A DNA stretch of 64,000 nucleotides from Owenia fusiformis (Eukaryota), in the NCBI GenBank assembly GCA_903813345.2, contig CAIIXF020000001.1, forward strand, positions 11,098,001-11,162,000, read 5' to 3'. The notes beneath the pieces were generated by a model. The model was not told where the DNA came from. It saw nothing but the letters and a program-made list of their open reading frames with translations, and did not search any database. Numbering within the stretch: position 1 is the stretch's first letter; every line of letters starts with the position of its first letter. Below, in pieces: positions 25,801 through 39,799 of the stretch. The position numbers and the translations under genes were made by a program.

Positions 25801-28800
25801 ACTGGGAAGAACGAACCAAGAAATCATCCAGGGAAATCATTCTTCAATTATCATATTCTTCATGCCTTGTCCTGTCCTTGGACAATGAAAGGTTATATAT
25901 TGTATGTATGCAAGTGGTGTACATTTCAATCAAGTATTTTTCTTGGGGGGGGGGGTTATAAGATCAATACTGACACTATTTTATATTACCTATTTATTCT
26001 TTGATCTACATGATCAGAACGTAGGACGCCTGGACTCAACTAAAATTTCATTTTTTGAATTATATATTGATTTTTTGTTGTTGTAAAACTATCTACAATA
26101 TCATGACAAATGCAGTCCAAGAACATTGCAACACGATGTTTTCTCTTGCATGCTATGTTTTAAAATTCTGTTTCAAATCACTCCCAATGTAAAAGCCAAG
26201 GTATGTGTTGAGCCCCGTTTTCTGATTTAAGAGAAAGACCCTTTCTCTCCCGAATCTTCCAGCCGTGAATACACTCCCCGCTATATGTTTGGCAAACAGA
26301 AGTTTTCAGTGCATATCAAAGCATGTTAGTGTATGAATCTAATTTTTTCCAATAGTTCGGAAAATTTAAATCGCCAAACATAAACATTGATAAATGATCA
26401 AAAGTGGGATTTCAGCTTGCTAAACTTATGGAGGGCAGTGTACAACACTAAATATCTTTTTAAATAGTTATCGTAATTTTGTTAATAATTAATCGATGAC
26501 AGTTTATCAAAGATGCACCTAATGTGATTTGAGACTAAAGGAAGTGCGTATGAGTGTCTTCGATCCTGAAACACCTACAGATGTACAGATAACAAGGTCT
26601 GTTTGCCCTAAACAACCTTTAGGATATCTAATATTTGTCAAAATTATTATCAATTAAGCATATTTGCTATCTATTCCCGGATTACCCTCTTAAGAAGGGA
26701 CACTCAACATTATTGATGGATTAAGTTATGGTTTATCTTAATAAACAAACATATGGGCTAACGTACAAAGAACTTATGGTTTTGTATGATTTCATTTACA
26801 TGGATCCGAAAATTGGATAAAGATTTCCGACATTTTTTGGTGTACCCATTATTTGTTTATCGTCCCATATGAATTGGTTCTGCCATTTAGTGACACAAAT
26901 GTCATTTTAGATATGTGTTGAGACTTGAGAGTACTTATAAATGCATGGAGAGGCTCTGCCTTCATTCGCTTCGCTTGTTGGTTGCAATTGTTTGTACATT
27001 AGTTGTAGTTCTGACCGAAATATAAAATGCTATCTTAGCGAATTGAAGTTATGGGAAAATGGATATTGGAAAGATTTTTTCCAATCATTTTGTTGATAAA
27101 TGGTAGCTTTAAAGTGTTTTTATATGGTTTACTTGCATTATCATATCATGTAGAGGTGTAAAAGATTCGGAGAGGAGAGGGTTTTCATAATATTTGTTTT
27201 CCTCCCTTTCTGTTTCTGTGTTTCTTTGGTTTCTAGGGATTTGCTAGTTCGTATGTCACTTGATTATTTTCAATGTTGCCTTTTGTGTTTCCTCGTCAAA
27301 ATTGAGTTGTTCAAAAGTCACATAATTTTCTACATGCTCATTATACAGTGTTGTCAAGGACATGAAGTAGAACCAGCATGTAGGATTATATAGCCACAAA
27401 GGTGATGGGCACCTGCAGTTTCTACCCACGATCTGTATCCTTTCAGGGTCTACATGTCTGGCTCAAAAACAAGGTTAATGATCTAAATGGTTTCTCATGT
27501 ATTTTCAAGATATATCAAGAGGTCTTGTAAGGATGGCAGTGTTTCCGTTAGCCCGAACAGTTAATGTTACGTATAAGACTAAATCTTTAAAAAATTGTAT
27601 AATCTTTTTGTTACTAATATAATTACCATAATTTCAACATTGCCCAGTGCTTGTAAAATATGCATTTGAAGAACGTACATTTATGTGTAACTTATGGTCT
27701 GCAGCGAGGAACAACGGGAGTTTTGAAGTGCATTACCGCCCCTCTTGCTGTGCATCACTTCATAATCCTGAAACAAATATAAAATATGACTTGTGAGTTC
27801 AAAGGTTAACGGATTAGGTGATTTCTTTTCACAAATACACCGAAATTTTACGTCAAGTGTGATTGGTTGCTCTACCCGCCACGACTCTCCCTTTTCAGGG
27901 TGTCTGAAACGAAGAAATCAACATAGAATAATTAAATTCACCTGATTAAACTAGAAAATCAAGTAAAAACCAATGGATTTTTAACGCTGGCGAAAATCTT
28001 TCAATTCAAATTGAAAAATGATTTCCAAATTAACTAGAAACATATGCTTCCTTACGGAGTGAATAAATCACGACAAGCTGGTTGTCATAATTACATGCTA
28101 TTAAAATCACAATTATATGCTTGCATGGCCCTCCGTCCCCCGGGCCACGACCATCAATGGACCTTAATGAGCCAGACAACCATCATTATGACACTATGCG
28201 GTTTAAACATATATTAGTTCAAAAATCAGATGTGTCAAATGATATTTTCTAGTTTTTACAAGAGGATTTTAATATTAAAAAGATGCCAAGATTATCATCC
28301 TTGACCTAAGGTAGTTCAACGCTCTCCGAAGATGTAAAGCTAGTAAAGCTGTGAAGTCCGATCTTGAAGGATGAATTAATCATCAAATTCAATTTTTAAA
28401 CTATTGCTGTATAGTAGGTTCTGCAACATGATCAAATGTAGTTGATAGATTAACACGGTTATTCCTGTTATTTCGTCTCTGTTATTCTTTATCTATTTTA
28501 TCTACAGCTAAATATGTGTAATAAATGACCTGTGAACATTCTTTGAAAAATAACTGCCTAAATTAATTATCTATTAGTTTAAGGTGATGTCAGATTGATT
28601 TATAAGAAGTTCTTAATCGGTAGATTAAAACTTTGCCTGAAAATAATATTTGTTGATTTCTTTGCTAAAAATTAGAATGAAAAAACAATAAAACATATCG
28701 ATACATTCTGACATTTATATTTCCCATGTTTAGTACCAGGTCAATATAGCAATTACACAGTCAAATGTCAAAAGATCCATTTTTCTTTTGTACAAAACTA

Positions 28801-31800
28801 TATTAAACTTAAATGATATATAAAACACATGTTTAACTAACGAGCCTTTAGCCAAGGAAGGTGCTTTAGCTCTTGGCCAAAAACTGCCACTGATTTCAAC
28901 AGGTCACGGCCTCCCTTTGATCCTCAAAAATCTTCAACACAACTTTAATTGATATATTTATTCTCATATATGGTAGGTCTAGTATATATGCATAATAAAC
29001 AGATTCCCTTTTCAAATTGTAGACTGTGTTTCAATAAAAAGCCGTTTTAAGTAGAATATATTTACGGATCATTATTATGACATATTCTAGCAGATATGTA
29101 TGCACAAGTGATAAGGGAAAGGACCAAACTTGTGACACAACTTAGCAAGAAAAAGAATACATATACCAATAATAAGGAAAACAAAACCCAACTATCCCAA
29201 AATCATAAATATTTGACTGGTCAAAATGATATTTTTCTCAGTCTAATATTCACGATTGTGCAAAACAACAATTCTTTTTCAAATTGGATCTACGTAAGTC
29301 ACAAAAAATGTGAGACTGATAAGTTCAACATTTCATAGCGAATACTGAAGTTGTGAGTCTACTACAGTTGACAGACATGTATTGACATTTTTACTTTCCA
29401 TTCTTGGCATACATTGACAGCATTAGTCAAACACTTCACGTGCATACCATCTCTATATAGATATGTGTTGTCGTTAGAGGCGGCCAATTAGGAAGATCAT
29501 TAGCTTAAACATAAGTTAATCCTCCCACCACACCCGACAGATTCGTAATATGCTCAATAGCAACACCAGTTAGTCTTGCTTCAAACCCTCGCGACCCCAG
29601 TGTATATGTCACATCCTGGAGATGAAGTAGACTTGATGCACGAAACACTACTCGGCCTTCCCATCCGAAGATGAAACCTTTGCCCTCTTTCTGATAAATG
29701 CTATTGTTTCTTTGAAAAATAAAAACAGGCCTAGGGGTCTCATACACAACAAAGCTCAATGTAAAAAACTCCACCCGAAATGCAGTATTTGCACTGACTG
29801 ATAACATATACATGTACTTCCCTTTAAAGGTGTCTTTTTCTCAGTGCTTTGCGTGTGTTATCATTTCGTACATTTCTACCGTGTTGTAGTAACCTAGAAC
29901 GTCAACATTTAAATTCATTCATCAACCCCCATGAATCTGTTCGGTTTTTGGTAGAGTTGCTCCCTCCTGGATAGACGCGTCTAGTTCCTGGATCAACTTA
30001 CAATTTAAAAAATGATGAAGTATTTTAATTGATTGGTCGACACGGGATGCGTTTGGCTGTTAACACGAGATAATTCGTGTTGGAGTGGATTGAAAATAGA
30101 GAGGTTATTTACATGGGTGTATTAAATACGGATTTTATACCAAGGGTAGCTATGGTATCTCATGCTTGATGTAAAAAGTAATAAACTACATATCTATCAT
30201 TTTATCGATTATAATAAAGCATTAAAATCACGATTTGAATATTTCAAAAATGTCAGAATATTAAATACGGAAACGACCTGGTGACAGGTGAATATGAATT
30301 CAATGCGTCGAAGGCCAGGTGAATACGATTTTTGAGAAGGGAATTTTACAATATCACTTTACTTATTCCATTGCGTTATTCATTTGTAAGTGATAGTATC
30401 ATGTATATCCTGCCACTAATTGCATAGATATCACGGTGTATAACCCAAACGCTCCTACATGCACGACGGAGCGTTTTATTACTGAAATTAAACAAAGAAA
30501 CGCTCCGGAGTAGGAAAACTGGCTGGCGGGAATGATGAGCCGTCTGACGATTTCCCCAATAATGGGAATAAGAGGTATGAGTTACATATTTCGAGTATAC
30601 AATTCGATGGGTGTGATATTCATGTTGTACTTGGCTGGCTGTTGACGTTTGAAGCTATTAGGAAGAGCTGTACTAAGCAGTATAGTTATCAAAATTCAAA
30701 AACGTATTTGTCATTCTACCGGTAAAAACCTCTTTTGTCGATACATGTGATTAGTTGAGCCAAGTTTAGAGCACCAACGTATATTTTAGTCAAATTCCAA
30801 TGCTTCAACGCACCATACATTATCGTAATAGTGATTTGATGACCGAAAATCCAGTCTTAAAAATGATGACATTCTCATATTCAAGAAACGCTCCGATCTG
30901 GTTAACACAGTGAACTGGAAACGCTCTGGTAGTCTAGATCAGTTAAGGAAATATATAGCTTGCCTTTCCTTTTCAGGAAGAGAAAGAAAGATCTATTATA
31001 CCCCTTGGCATCAAAAAAAGAAAGATTAATTCACATGTAAATTTTCGTTTTTTTTCTTTAGTTTTATTATTTAGCACATATGTAGGCATGACATCATCTA
31101 ATGTAGGCTTAAATCAGCTCGTTGCACGTTTAGCACCACCAGGTTCAGATGTTTCATTTTTGCCTAACAAGTACAACACGTTTTTAAGAGATAGATTCGA
31201 TTCGGAACTCTTCTCTAATAATCTGAAAATGATATCAAAACAAAATGGTAAGAGCGTTTCTAAAATTGTGTTCTAAATCGACGGAGCGTTTCGAGGAAAA
31301 CAAGCGATTTCTCGAGAACAAGTAATGGATTCGGACTGGGATTTTAGGAAATGAAAATATACGAGTTTTTGATCTACTACTTTAACAGAAAGATTAACGT
31401 TTTCATAGAAATACTAGTTTAATTCGTAATTTGTGGTCAAATCGTCATCTTCAGATTCGTTCGAGCTACACTACGGAGCTTTGATCAAGCAAATAACAGT
31501 TTACCACCAGAAGTTGAATAAATAAGATCTTTGCTCACGGTATTGTTCATCGAATGGTACATAATATTTCACCATAACATATGATATGTAAGAGAAACGA
31601 GAAAAACAATACTGACGGTCATAGTGGAATCTTCATTAGCCGCCATTTTATTTCGCTTCGGAGCGTTTCCGCGTAAATGAAACGCTCCGTCGTGCATGTA
31701 GGAGCGTTTGGGTTATACACCGTGGATATACATAGTCCATAGTAATAAAGAATCAAAGACGGGAGTACAACAATAAAATCAATTTACAGTTTAACCATAA

Positions 31801-34800
31801 TAACCCCTCCACAGTTTGGAGATCCCCATGGGAGAGAATGTTCACGGGAAGTCTTACTTAATTGTCTCAATATGTTAGTTAATGACATTATTATATGAAT
31901 TTGTTAAAATTGCTCAACTTGCACAAGCTTTAAATAATTTCATGGTCAGAAAAATCCAAACTTCCAGTTGCCGAGCTTTTTGAGGGGAGTGTACTGAGTA
32001 GTATCTCGGAAAATGATGATGATGTATAGTTCATAGAAAAATGTACATAAACACATTTCTTTGGAGATCTTGGTTTCAGAGAATAGCCAATACAAGGAAT
32101 TTTCAAAGTATAATTTGATCACTGCCCTTGTGTAAGTATTCCTCGTACTTCTACATTTTTCTAACAGAGCGTTGCCCAATGTTTCCAGTCGCTACTTTAT
32201 CATCATGAACGAGCCCATATTTCTTCATTTTAGGACCCCATGCATATCTGGGCAATTTTAAAATGATTCATGAAGTAATTTCCCTAGCAAGCAATCTACC
32301 CCCTGTAACACATGTACGATGAAACAGGAATGAGATGTGTACGAGACATTGAAGTGGTTGGTTAGTCACTAAAAAATACTTGTTAGTCACATAACCGATA
32401 AATGATCAAAGTTGAGATACTAGACAGGGTCAATTTAGATGACACACCCTGTAGTTGAAGTAACCTTTTTCGTAATGGATGTGGTTCTTGATCATCATAA
32501 TGTAATTTAGATACCAGCATCTAAAACTACATAAAGAACAAAGTTAGATGTGCTAAGAGATTTATTTCAATTAGGTCAATCAAACAAGATCATAAAGTAC
32601 ACTTTCCCAGGGGCTATAATTAACAAAATATATTCACACCAATTTATGTCCGTTATTCATTCATAAATCAAATTACTTTTGTTCTAATTTTCATATTTTA
32701 GCTATGTTAAGCGTACTACAGATATTTGGAGCCGCTACTATAGTATGGCCATCATCTAGTTCTCATTTGGTACTTGTCATACATATACCTCCAATAGTTT
32801 GATTAAACTGGTCTACCCTGTAGAAGACTGTCACCCTCAGGGTACATTTATTAATCCCAGACCCAGCTGAGATGGTTCGATGGGTTTCTTTCTTAGATAC
32901 AACATGCCTATTGTTTGATGCATTTTTGTTTTTGTTTGATGCATTTTTGTTGTTGTTTGATGCATTTTGTTGTTGCTTTATTGCTGAAATGAAAACCCAA
33001 AATTTAGATTTTATAATATTTTGTATATAGATAGATAAAATTGACGTTAGTATTTGAAATTTATGTTTTCAGCACATAGACACATCAAAGAGTAAAGATG
33101 AGCCCCCAGAGAGAAAGGGTGGAACACTAGTCGATGTCCTCATAAATTTACAAAAGATAGCAGAAGAAAAACTAGGATTAAGTCATGTGAGTATTTGTAT
33201 AATTATGTTTATGTCATATGTATCAGTATATGTAATATATTGACTTGCAATTGAATGATTGGTCTTGCTTCAAGAAGCTGGACCCCACCCCGCCGTATCT
33301 ACTTAATAACAACCGGATGTAACATATATAAGGTGAGGGGGGGGGGGGGGGGTCGGGGTCTTGAGACTAGACTATATATTTCTGGAATTCACTCACGTGT
33401 ATATGTATTGAATAATAATCATTTATGGAATTCACTTGATTATTTGCATTTTAATCGCTGTCCTAATATACGTTTTTCATTTTGCTTGCTTTGGAAACAT
33501 GGTAAGTTACTGGTATTATATATCATTATCCAATATCATATAAAATATTCAATTATATGGTTTTTTGGTTCATTAAAAACATCATATTCCCCAAAGTTCC
33601 ACTTGGTATTCTTCGACACCATGGGCCTGTCACAAATTTGAGATTCACTAAACTATGTAACTTTATGAATGTTTTCATTTCAGAAACAAGGTGAAGAAAA
33701 GAATGTAAATAAATTTTTCGAAAGTGACATAATATTAAGTCCAGATCAGGCCTCTGTGTTAATGGATGACCTGACCAGTATTTCTAGAAAAAAGCGAAAG
33801 CTCACAGCAGACACTAGAAAATGGTGGCATTTACCCATTCCATTTGCCTTTGATGGCAGACATGGTAAGTTTCATTTTAGAACACTGTGCGGAATCGTTT
33901 AAATACGCCTGAAGTATGATATAGTATAATCTATCAAAGTGACGTTTAAAATGTAACACTGAACCGTTTTGATGGTTAAGAAATGACACGTATAGTATGT
34001 GTTTACGTAAAAAGAAATATTGTGAAAGGAAAACCTTAAATACAGTAACACCAACAAGAGAGGACTATAGACTGTAGAAATACATATTATTTGCTATAAT
34101 GACGACGGGACACTGGGATGGTTATTTTCTATTTTCAGATGAACATGAAAAACAAGAGATTCGTTTAGCTATAGACCATTGGGAGTCACAAACCTGTATA
34201 AAATTTGTAGAATATAATTATAATCTTAGATCAACTAAGGATTTTCCTAGGAAAATACTTCTATTCACTAAAGAAAGCGGGTAGGTATTGTTGAATCTAG
34301 CAATGAATGAACGTTAAATATATTTTTCAATTGAACGATTAAAATTTTTCAAATATGCAATCACCTGTGTGGAAGCGTAAAATACCCTGCAAGAAAACAA
34401 CCTCTGATTCCAATTATGACCAAACGCACACAGAAACAAAGTAATTTACAAGTTATTATATCTGTTCCAGATGCTGGTCATACGTAGGTTTTATGAATCA
34501 AAATATGCAACGAATATCTATAGGACCCGGTTGCATGGGGGTAAGTAACACGTAATAGTAAAATTCATACAGAATTCATACATAATCTCGGAGCATTACC
34601 ACTGCATGAAAACACGAGTATTGCTTTGATACAAGGACATTGGATATATAAAAAAATATTGCATATCTTGGGAGGAGACAGATTTAAAAATGAGTAGATA
34701 TAACGATTATAAATAGAAAAGTGAAATACCATGTCTTCTATAAAGTTCACTCATGTATCGTTGGTAATCATTGTAAAACGTATGGCGAATGTCAAGATCC

Positions 34801-37800
34801 ATCATAATTTCGTTAATACCCACTTTCCAGACTGGAACTATTGCTCACGAGATAGGTCATTCCATTGGTTTCTGGCACGAACAGAGCAGGCCAGACAGAG
34901 AAGACTATATTACTATTCATTATGACAATATAAAAGATGGAAAGGCGTATAACTTTCAAAGAAGGACTTGGAAAGAAATAACTGATCTAGAAGTTCCATA
35001 TGACATAGGATCTGATTTACATTATGGGTCAAAGGTAAGACAACTGATAGAATATCAGGAAACACGAGGGGTAACGAGAACCAACGTCATTTCATTTTAA
35101 AAATATATTCAAGAATCTTTATTTAATTTAGAAATCTCCTATGAAGTGAGACAGACTCATAAATCCATTGACAAATCGGAAAGAAGATCAAGCTTGAAAA
35201 AGTTCCCAATTATCATGATCAAGAAATATGATTACCAACACCAACTTAGAAAGCTTGTTGAAGGTTGAAAAATTACTGAGATAAAAGAAACTGTGATAAA
35301 CCTAGACTTTTTACTTAGACTATACTTTAAAAACATGAATCCACAAACAATATAATGATTTTGAAAGTGTATTCAACAATCATATCATGAAGTGACGGGA
35401 TCTCATAGTATGTTATGGTTCTTAATAAGATTGATTGCATTATTTCCAGTACTTTTCTAGTAATGAGCGCTATACTATAGAGACCAAAGATCCATTGATG
35501 CAGAATGTACTAGGCCAGAGACAAGAGCTTTCATTCTATGATGTAAAACTGGCTAACAATGCTTATTGTAAAAGTAAGTTCATAAAAAAAACACTTCAAA
35601 ATACTCGCATTGAGGATAAGTTCATTATATATACACATTGCAGATATTTTTATGTGGGAAAAGTAATGATAATTAAGATGGTGTAGCATTTTGCACTAAT
35701 TACATAAAATGCAATAAAACTACACATATACATAGCTCTCAGCTCCATTTATTCAATTAAGTTTTCCTTCATTAACTTATGTACATATCCTCATTCTGCA
35801 ATATCTACCTTCTAAGGTGTAAACTACATATTCTCGTTAAACTTAATTACAGATACGTATGTATAGTACTATAGATGAAAATTACTTGTATTTGTTTCCC
35901 ACGCACCATGCAATATTCTTTAATGTCAAAGCGGAAGCAGAAAGAGCAACAGAACAAACTACAACTCGTAAATTAAACTCCAACTTAAATAAAAATGAGC
36001 CTCAAAACTAATCTTAGATAAACAAATATCAAACCCTTAGAACGCATAAAACCAGCAAATTAAAAAATAAAGATGTACCTTTGTTAAAATGCACAAATGA
36101 TATCATTGACACAGGTCAGTACTTAATAATATTTCTAGGATTCGTTCACAATTTTTAATCATATTTGTATAGCTCACTGCGACTCCAACCTCCTTCCACA
36201 AACCTGCCAACGGGATGGCTACCAGGACCCAGCCGATTGTAAACGTTGTCGATGTAGCGATGGCTTCTCTGGTAGATATTGTGACACTGCTGCTCCGGGA
36301 GTAAGAGGTACGATATGTAACAGTTTGGCAAATACTAACTTGATAGCATATGAAACACTTAGGTTTCATCCTGTTGGTAACACTTTTACACGCATGAATC
36401 ATCTCCTCCCCACGTAGTATAAACCAGTTCGAGATATAGTATGCCGCTTCCTCTCGCCATCTTAGAAGGAGGAATAAGGTGAGAAGTCTAAATTTATAGC
36501 TTTTAGGGCTTGATATCGTATACAGAGTGACCAAAAAACAGAATCCATAACTTTTATTCAAAGATTTGTGGGTTCTGTTTTCTAGGGTGACCCCGAATGT
36601 AATGTGAGTAAAAGACACTCCAACAATACATAAACAAAGTAATAATTCTAAATTATGCTTTTTCAGTTTACGAAAACAGTAAAATGTGGAACACATTTTG
36701 TTCTTCTAAGTGTTCCACTTGGGAGGGTTTCAATTATAGAGGTTCATTTATCATTAAAATAGTTGGTCTCGAGACTCTGAAAAGTGTTCCACTAACAGAA
36801 GTGTTTCACTTCTAGAGGTGTTAATCTTTACAGGTTTCACTGTACATCCAACTCCCGCATGACACAATTGATTTGTTTTTAGCATCTTGTGGTGGTGTAG
36901 TGTATGCTGGAACTGGCGTCATATACTCACCAGGCTACCCAAACTATCTCTATAAAACTGGTCAGAAATGTAGTTGGCTCATCAAGGCTCCTATTGGAAA
37001 ACACATCTATCTACGCTTCCAAGACAAGTTCGACCTAACCTGTGACCCTGACCTTTGTAAAGACTTTGTGGAGGTCAGATATAGGTCAAATCTCGGCGCC
37101 ACTGGTGCAAGGTAATATAATTGTAATTTCAAAATCAATAAATGTATCTGATATTTTGAGTTTATGTACAAAAAGGTGTAATTGAGCATGGACTATAAAG
37201 GAATCAGTGTAGAAAGTGAGTTCGCAAAATCAACATTGAATTAATGTTATTAAAAATGTGTGTTTCCAATATTTATAGGTTCTGCTGTTCTAATCTTCCG
37301 GATATAACAGTGAGATCTGATACAAACGAGATGATGGTCCTTTTTAGATCCTTTGTTGGAAACAGGGTCGGATTTAAAGCAATGTATTTTACAGGTACGA
37401 AATAAATATAAGTTTGAAATATCAAAATAAAAAAAGTCATGAAAACGATTGAGAGCTACTATTAGATCTTTTTTTTATAATATATACTCTTATGTGATTA
37501 TGTTTAGATACATGTGGTGGATGCGGATCCAAGTACCCGTCATTACAGGAGCCATGCCATAGAAGCAAGGAATACAGATGTACCAGAACGTGGAACACTA
37601 AATATACCGTTCAGTGTCCATCTTGGTGGAGAACTCCCAATTGTGGAACAAAGTAAAAATGTTATATAATCACAGATAAATGTAACAAAAAAGAAATGAT
37701 CTGAAATGAAATGTAAAATAGAAAGGAAAGAAGCTAACTTAACCCTTAAGTCTGAATATTTATAGTCTGGTGAATATTCAGTAAATAATTCTTTAATTTT

Positions 37801-39799
37801 TTAGATATAAGCAAGTCGTACGGTATTCTACCTGTGTTAAAGATGAAGTTTACTGCTGTGGGAATTTTGCCTTAGTTGGCGATCTCTGTAGATGTAAGGA
37901 CACCCTTTTAATTACATTGTATAATGTCAAGAATATCAAACACTTAATTGCATAATATGAAGGCCCTGTTATGACCGTGTATTCTGACCAGAAAGCGCAA
38001 GAGGCAACATGCATAAAGACACATGGGACATTTCCACCAATAAAACCGATACAATGTGAAATGTCAAAACCGTGACCTTAAGTTTTGATCAATGCCAAAC
38101 ATATGTAGTTATCTTGTTAATTAGTGTAATATGTAATTCATCTTCTATTTTCCAGCAATGTCGCAAGCTGATCAACTGCCAGTAGGGGACCAACCAGGCA
38201 CTGAACCAAGTACACCAGGTGGCGCTACCATAGACCCATCTTCACTCTGGTCTGCTTGGACGAACTGGTCAACGTGTTCCAAATCTTGCGGAGGGTGTGG
38301 AAAGAGAAGTAGAAGCAGAACATGTCTATCACCTGGAAAGTGCGAGTAAGTGAAAACATGTAATATGGGACATGATTTATTTATTCACCTGGAAATAAAG
38401 GCAAATAGTTTAAATGTCATATAATATATCTAAATAATTTTACAGCCATTTGTACCTTTCCATTTGAACTTTCTATTTTCGTCTAAATACAGAAGTGCAT
38501 AATAATTAGATAAATGTTCTAATGGATTCCGTCAGAAGTTATGCTGACGGCTTGAAGCTGCTATTAGCCTATTACCATATGTATATGTACTCTAGGAATA
38601 TATGTATTACGTAACAAGATAAAAAATAAACTTGATATTCTGAACTTACTTTTCAGAGGAAACAAAAACTTTGAGAATCAGTATGAAGACTGTGGCCATG
38701 AACCGTGTCCCTCAACGTTCACTCGGGCATGTAAAGTCCAGGAAAAGTACCAAGTTTTCTGTAACCCATGGACAATGCAAATGTGTACAAGGTATGGATT
38801 GCATTAAGGAAGTATCTGTAAAAGCATGGACATTCTTTTAAAGACTACATATACCGGATTTAGAATTCAGACTTTAGCATGAAAACTATACAGGGTGTCA
38901 AATAAGTCCCGTCCCCCCCTCTACAGCCAAAACCAAGATATATGGTACTAAGTGTGATATATCATTGGAAAGGTCTTCCAAAGTTACGTTGATTAGCATA
39001 TATCTGAAACATGTCAATCAATCTCACAAAGTTTTACAGTATATCAATTGAGGTGACCATAGGCCTAGAAACATGGCAATTCGGCGAATTTCGCAGGATT
39101 TTCAGAATCGGGTATAACAAAGGTCAAAGGACCTAAAAATGACTACATATGTTTATGGCAATAAATTTAACCAATTTCTGGATAGGGGAGGATGTGTAGA
39201 AAATAGAGGAGCAAGGTAAGTGGTGAAAACATTTTTGTAACAAGTGGAATGCGAAAAAGATTAAATTTTTGACGTATTTCTGGGGTCAAATCCTTCTCAT
39301 TTTGAAGCAAAAATTCTGCTTAAAGGAGGGTATGCTAACTATAAAAGACATCATGAAAATATAGGTGAAGTTCATCCAAAATAATTGAGAGTTGGTGAGT
39401 TAACAAAACTTTGTATGATCTTTCCAGTGGTATATCACACAGGCACCATCTATTAAGGTTCTAGCTGTAGCAGGGGGGACGGGACTTATTTGACACCCTG
39501 TATATTCAGTCACATCACATCATGCAATGTAGTTTATATTTCCATGTATAGATCAGTGTATAAACTATACACCAGTCAATGCTGTCATTTACGTGGTCGC
39601 ATCACACCATGAAATAACGTTTATTTTTCAGGTATAGATCAGTATATAAACCATACACCAGTCAATGCTGTCATTTATGTGGTCGCATCACACTATGTAA
39701 TAACGTTTATTTTTCAGGTATAGATCAGTATATAAACTATGCACCAGTCAATGCTGTCATGGCTTCAAGTTTGAGGATAAGAAATGCATTCCTGCGTAG
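22810..39799 (+). CDS. Secreted astacin-family (M12A) zinc metalloprotease: signal-pro-astacin-EGF-CUB-EMI-like-TSP1-EMI-like, ~695 aa
   Basis: Phase-consistent exons 22810-22941, 33073-33186, 33684-33864, 34139-34280, 34471-34540, 34831-35034, 35450-35573, 36173-36307, 36883-37111, 37279-37394, 37508-37652, 37805-37893, 38156-38345, 38657-38791, 39718-39799. Motifs FESDI (Asp switch), RKKR furin-type site, [33 protein letters not shown] (SPGYP..C.W), TSP1 [18 protein letters not shown]. Exon 1, across a 10-kb intron, is the least certain assignment. Confidence 0.92.
30432..31724. mobile_element. Transib-like non-autonomous element in astacin intron 1
   Basis: Perfect ~45-bp TIR CACGGTGTATAACCCAAACGCTCCTACATGCACGACGGAGCGTTT; 5-bp TSD gatat (30427-30431 and 31725-31729); internal aaacgctcc repeats. 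Confidence 0.8.
38891..39500. mobile_element. TA-flanked MITE (CAGGGTGTC family) in the last astacin intron
   Basis: TA|CAGGGTGTCAAATAAGTCCCGTCCCCCC ... GGGGGGACGGGACTTATTTGACACCCTG|TA. Confidence 0.88.
39546..39760 (+). repeat. 86-bp tandem repeat (2.5 copies) spanning the last astacin splice acceptor
   Basis: gtatagatcagt.tataaac.at.caccagtcaatgctgtcat starts at 39546, 39632 and 39718. Confidence 0.92.

Noticed and set aside
30432-31724. ProtoRAG with 12/23 RSS ends
   Set aside because: TIRs are symmetric, with no nonamer and no RAG1/2-like ORF.
36103-36696. 197-aa minus-strand ORF
   Set aside because: Antisense shadow of the astacin EGF exon plus intron; no recognisable motif.
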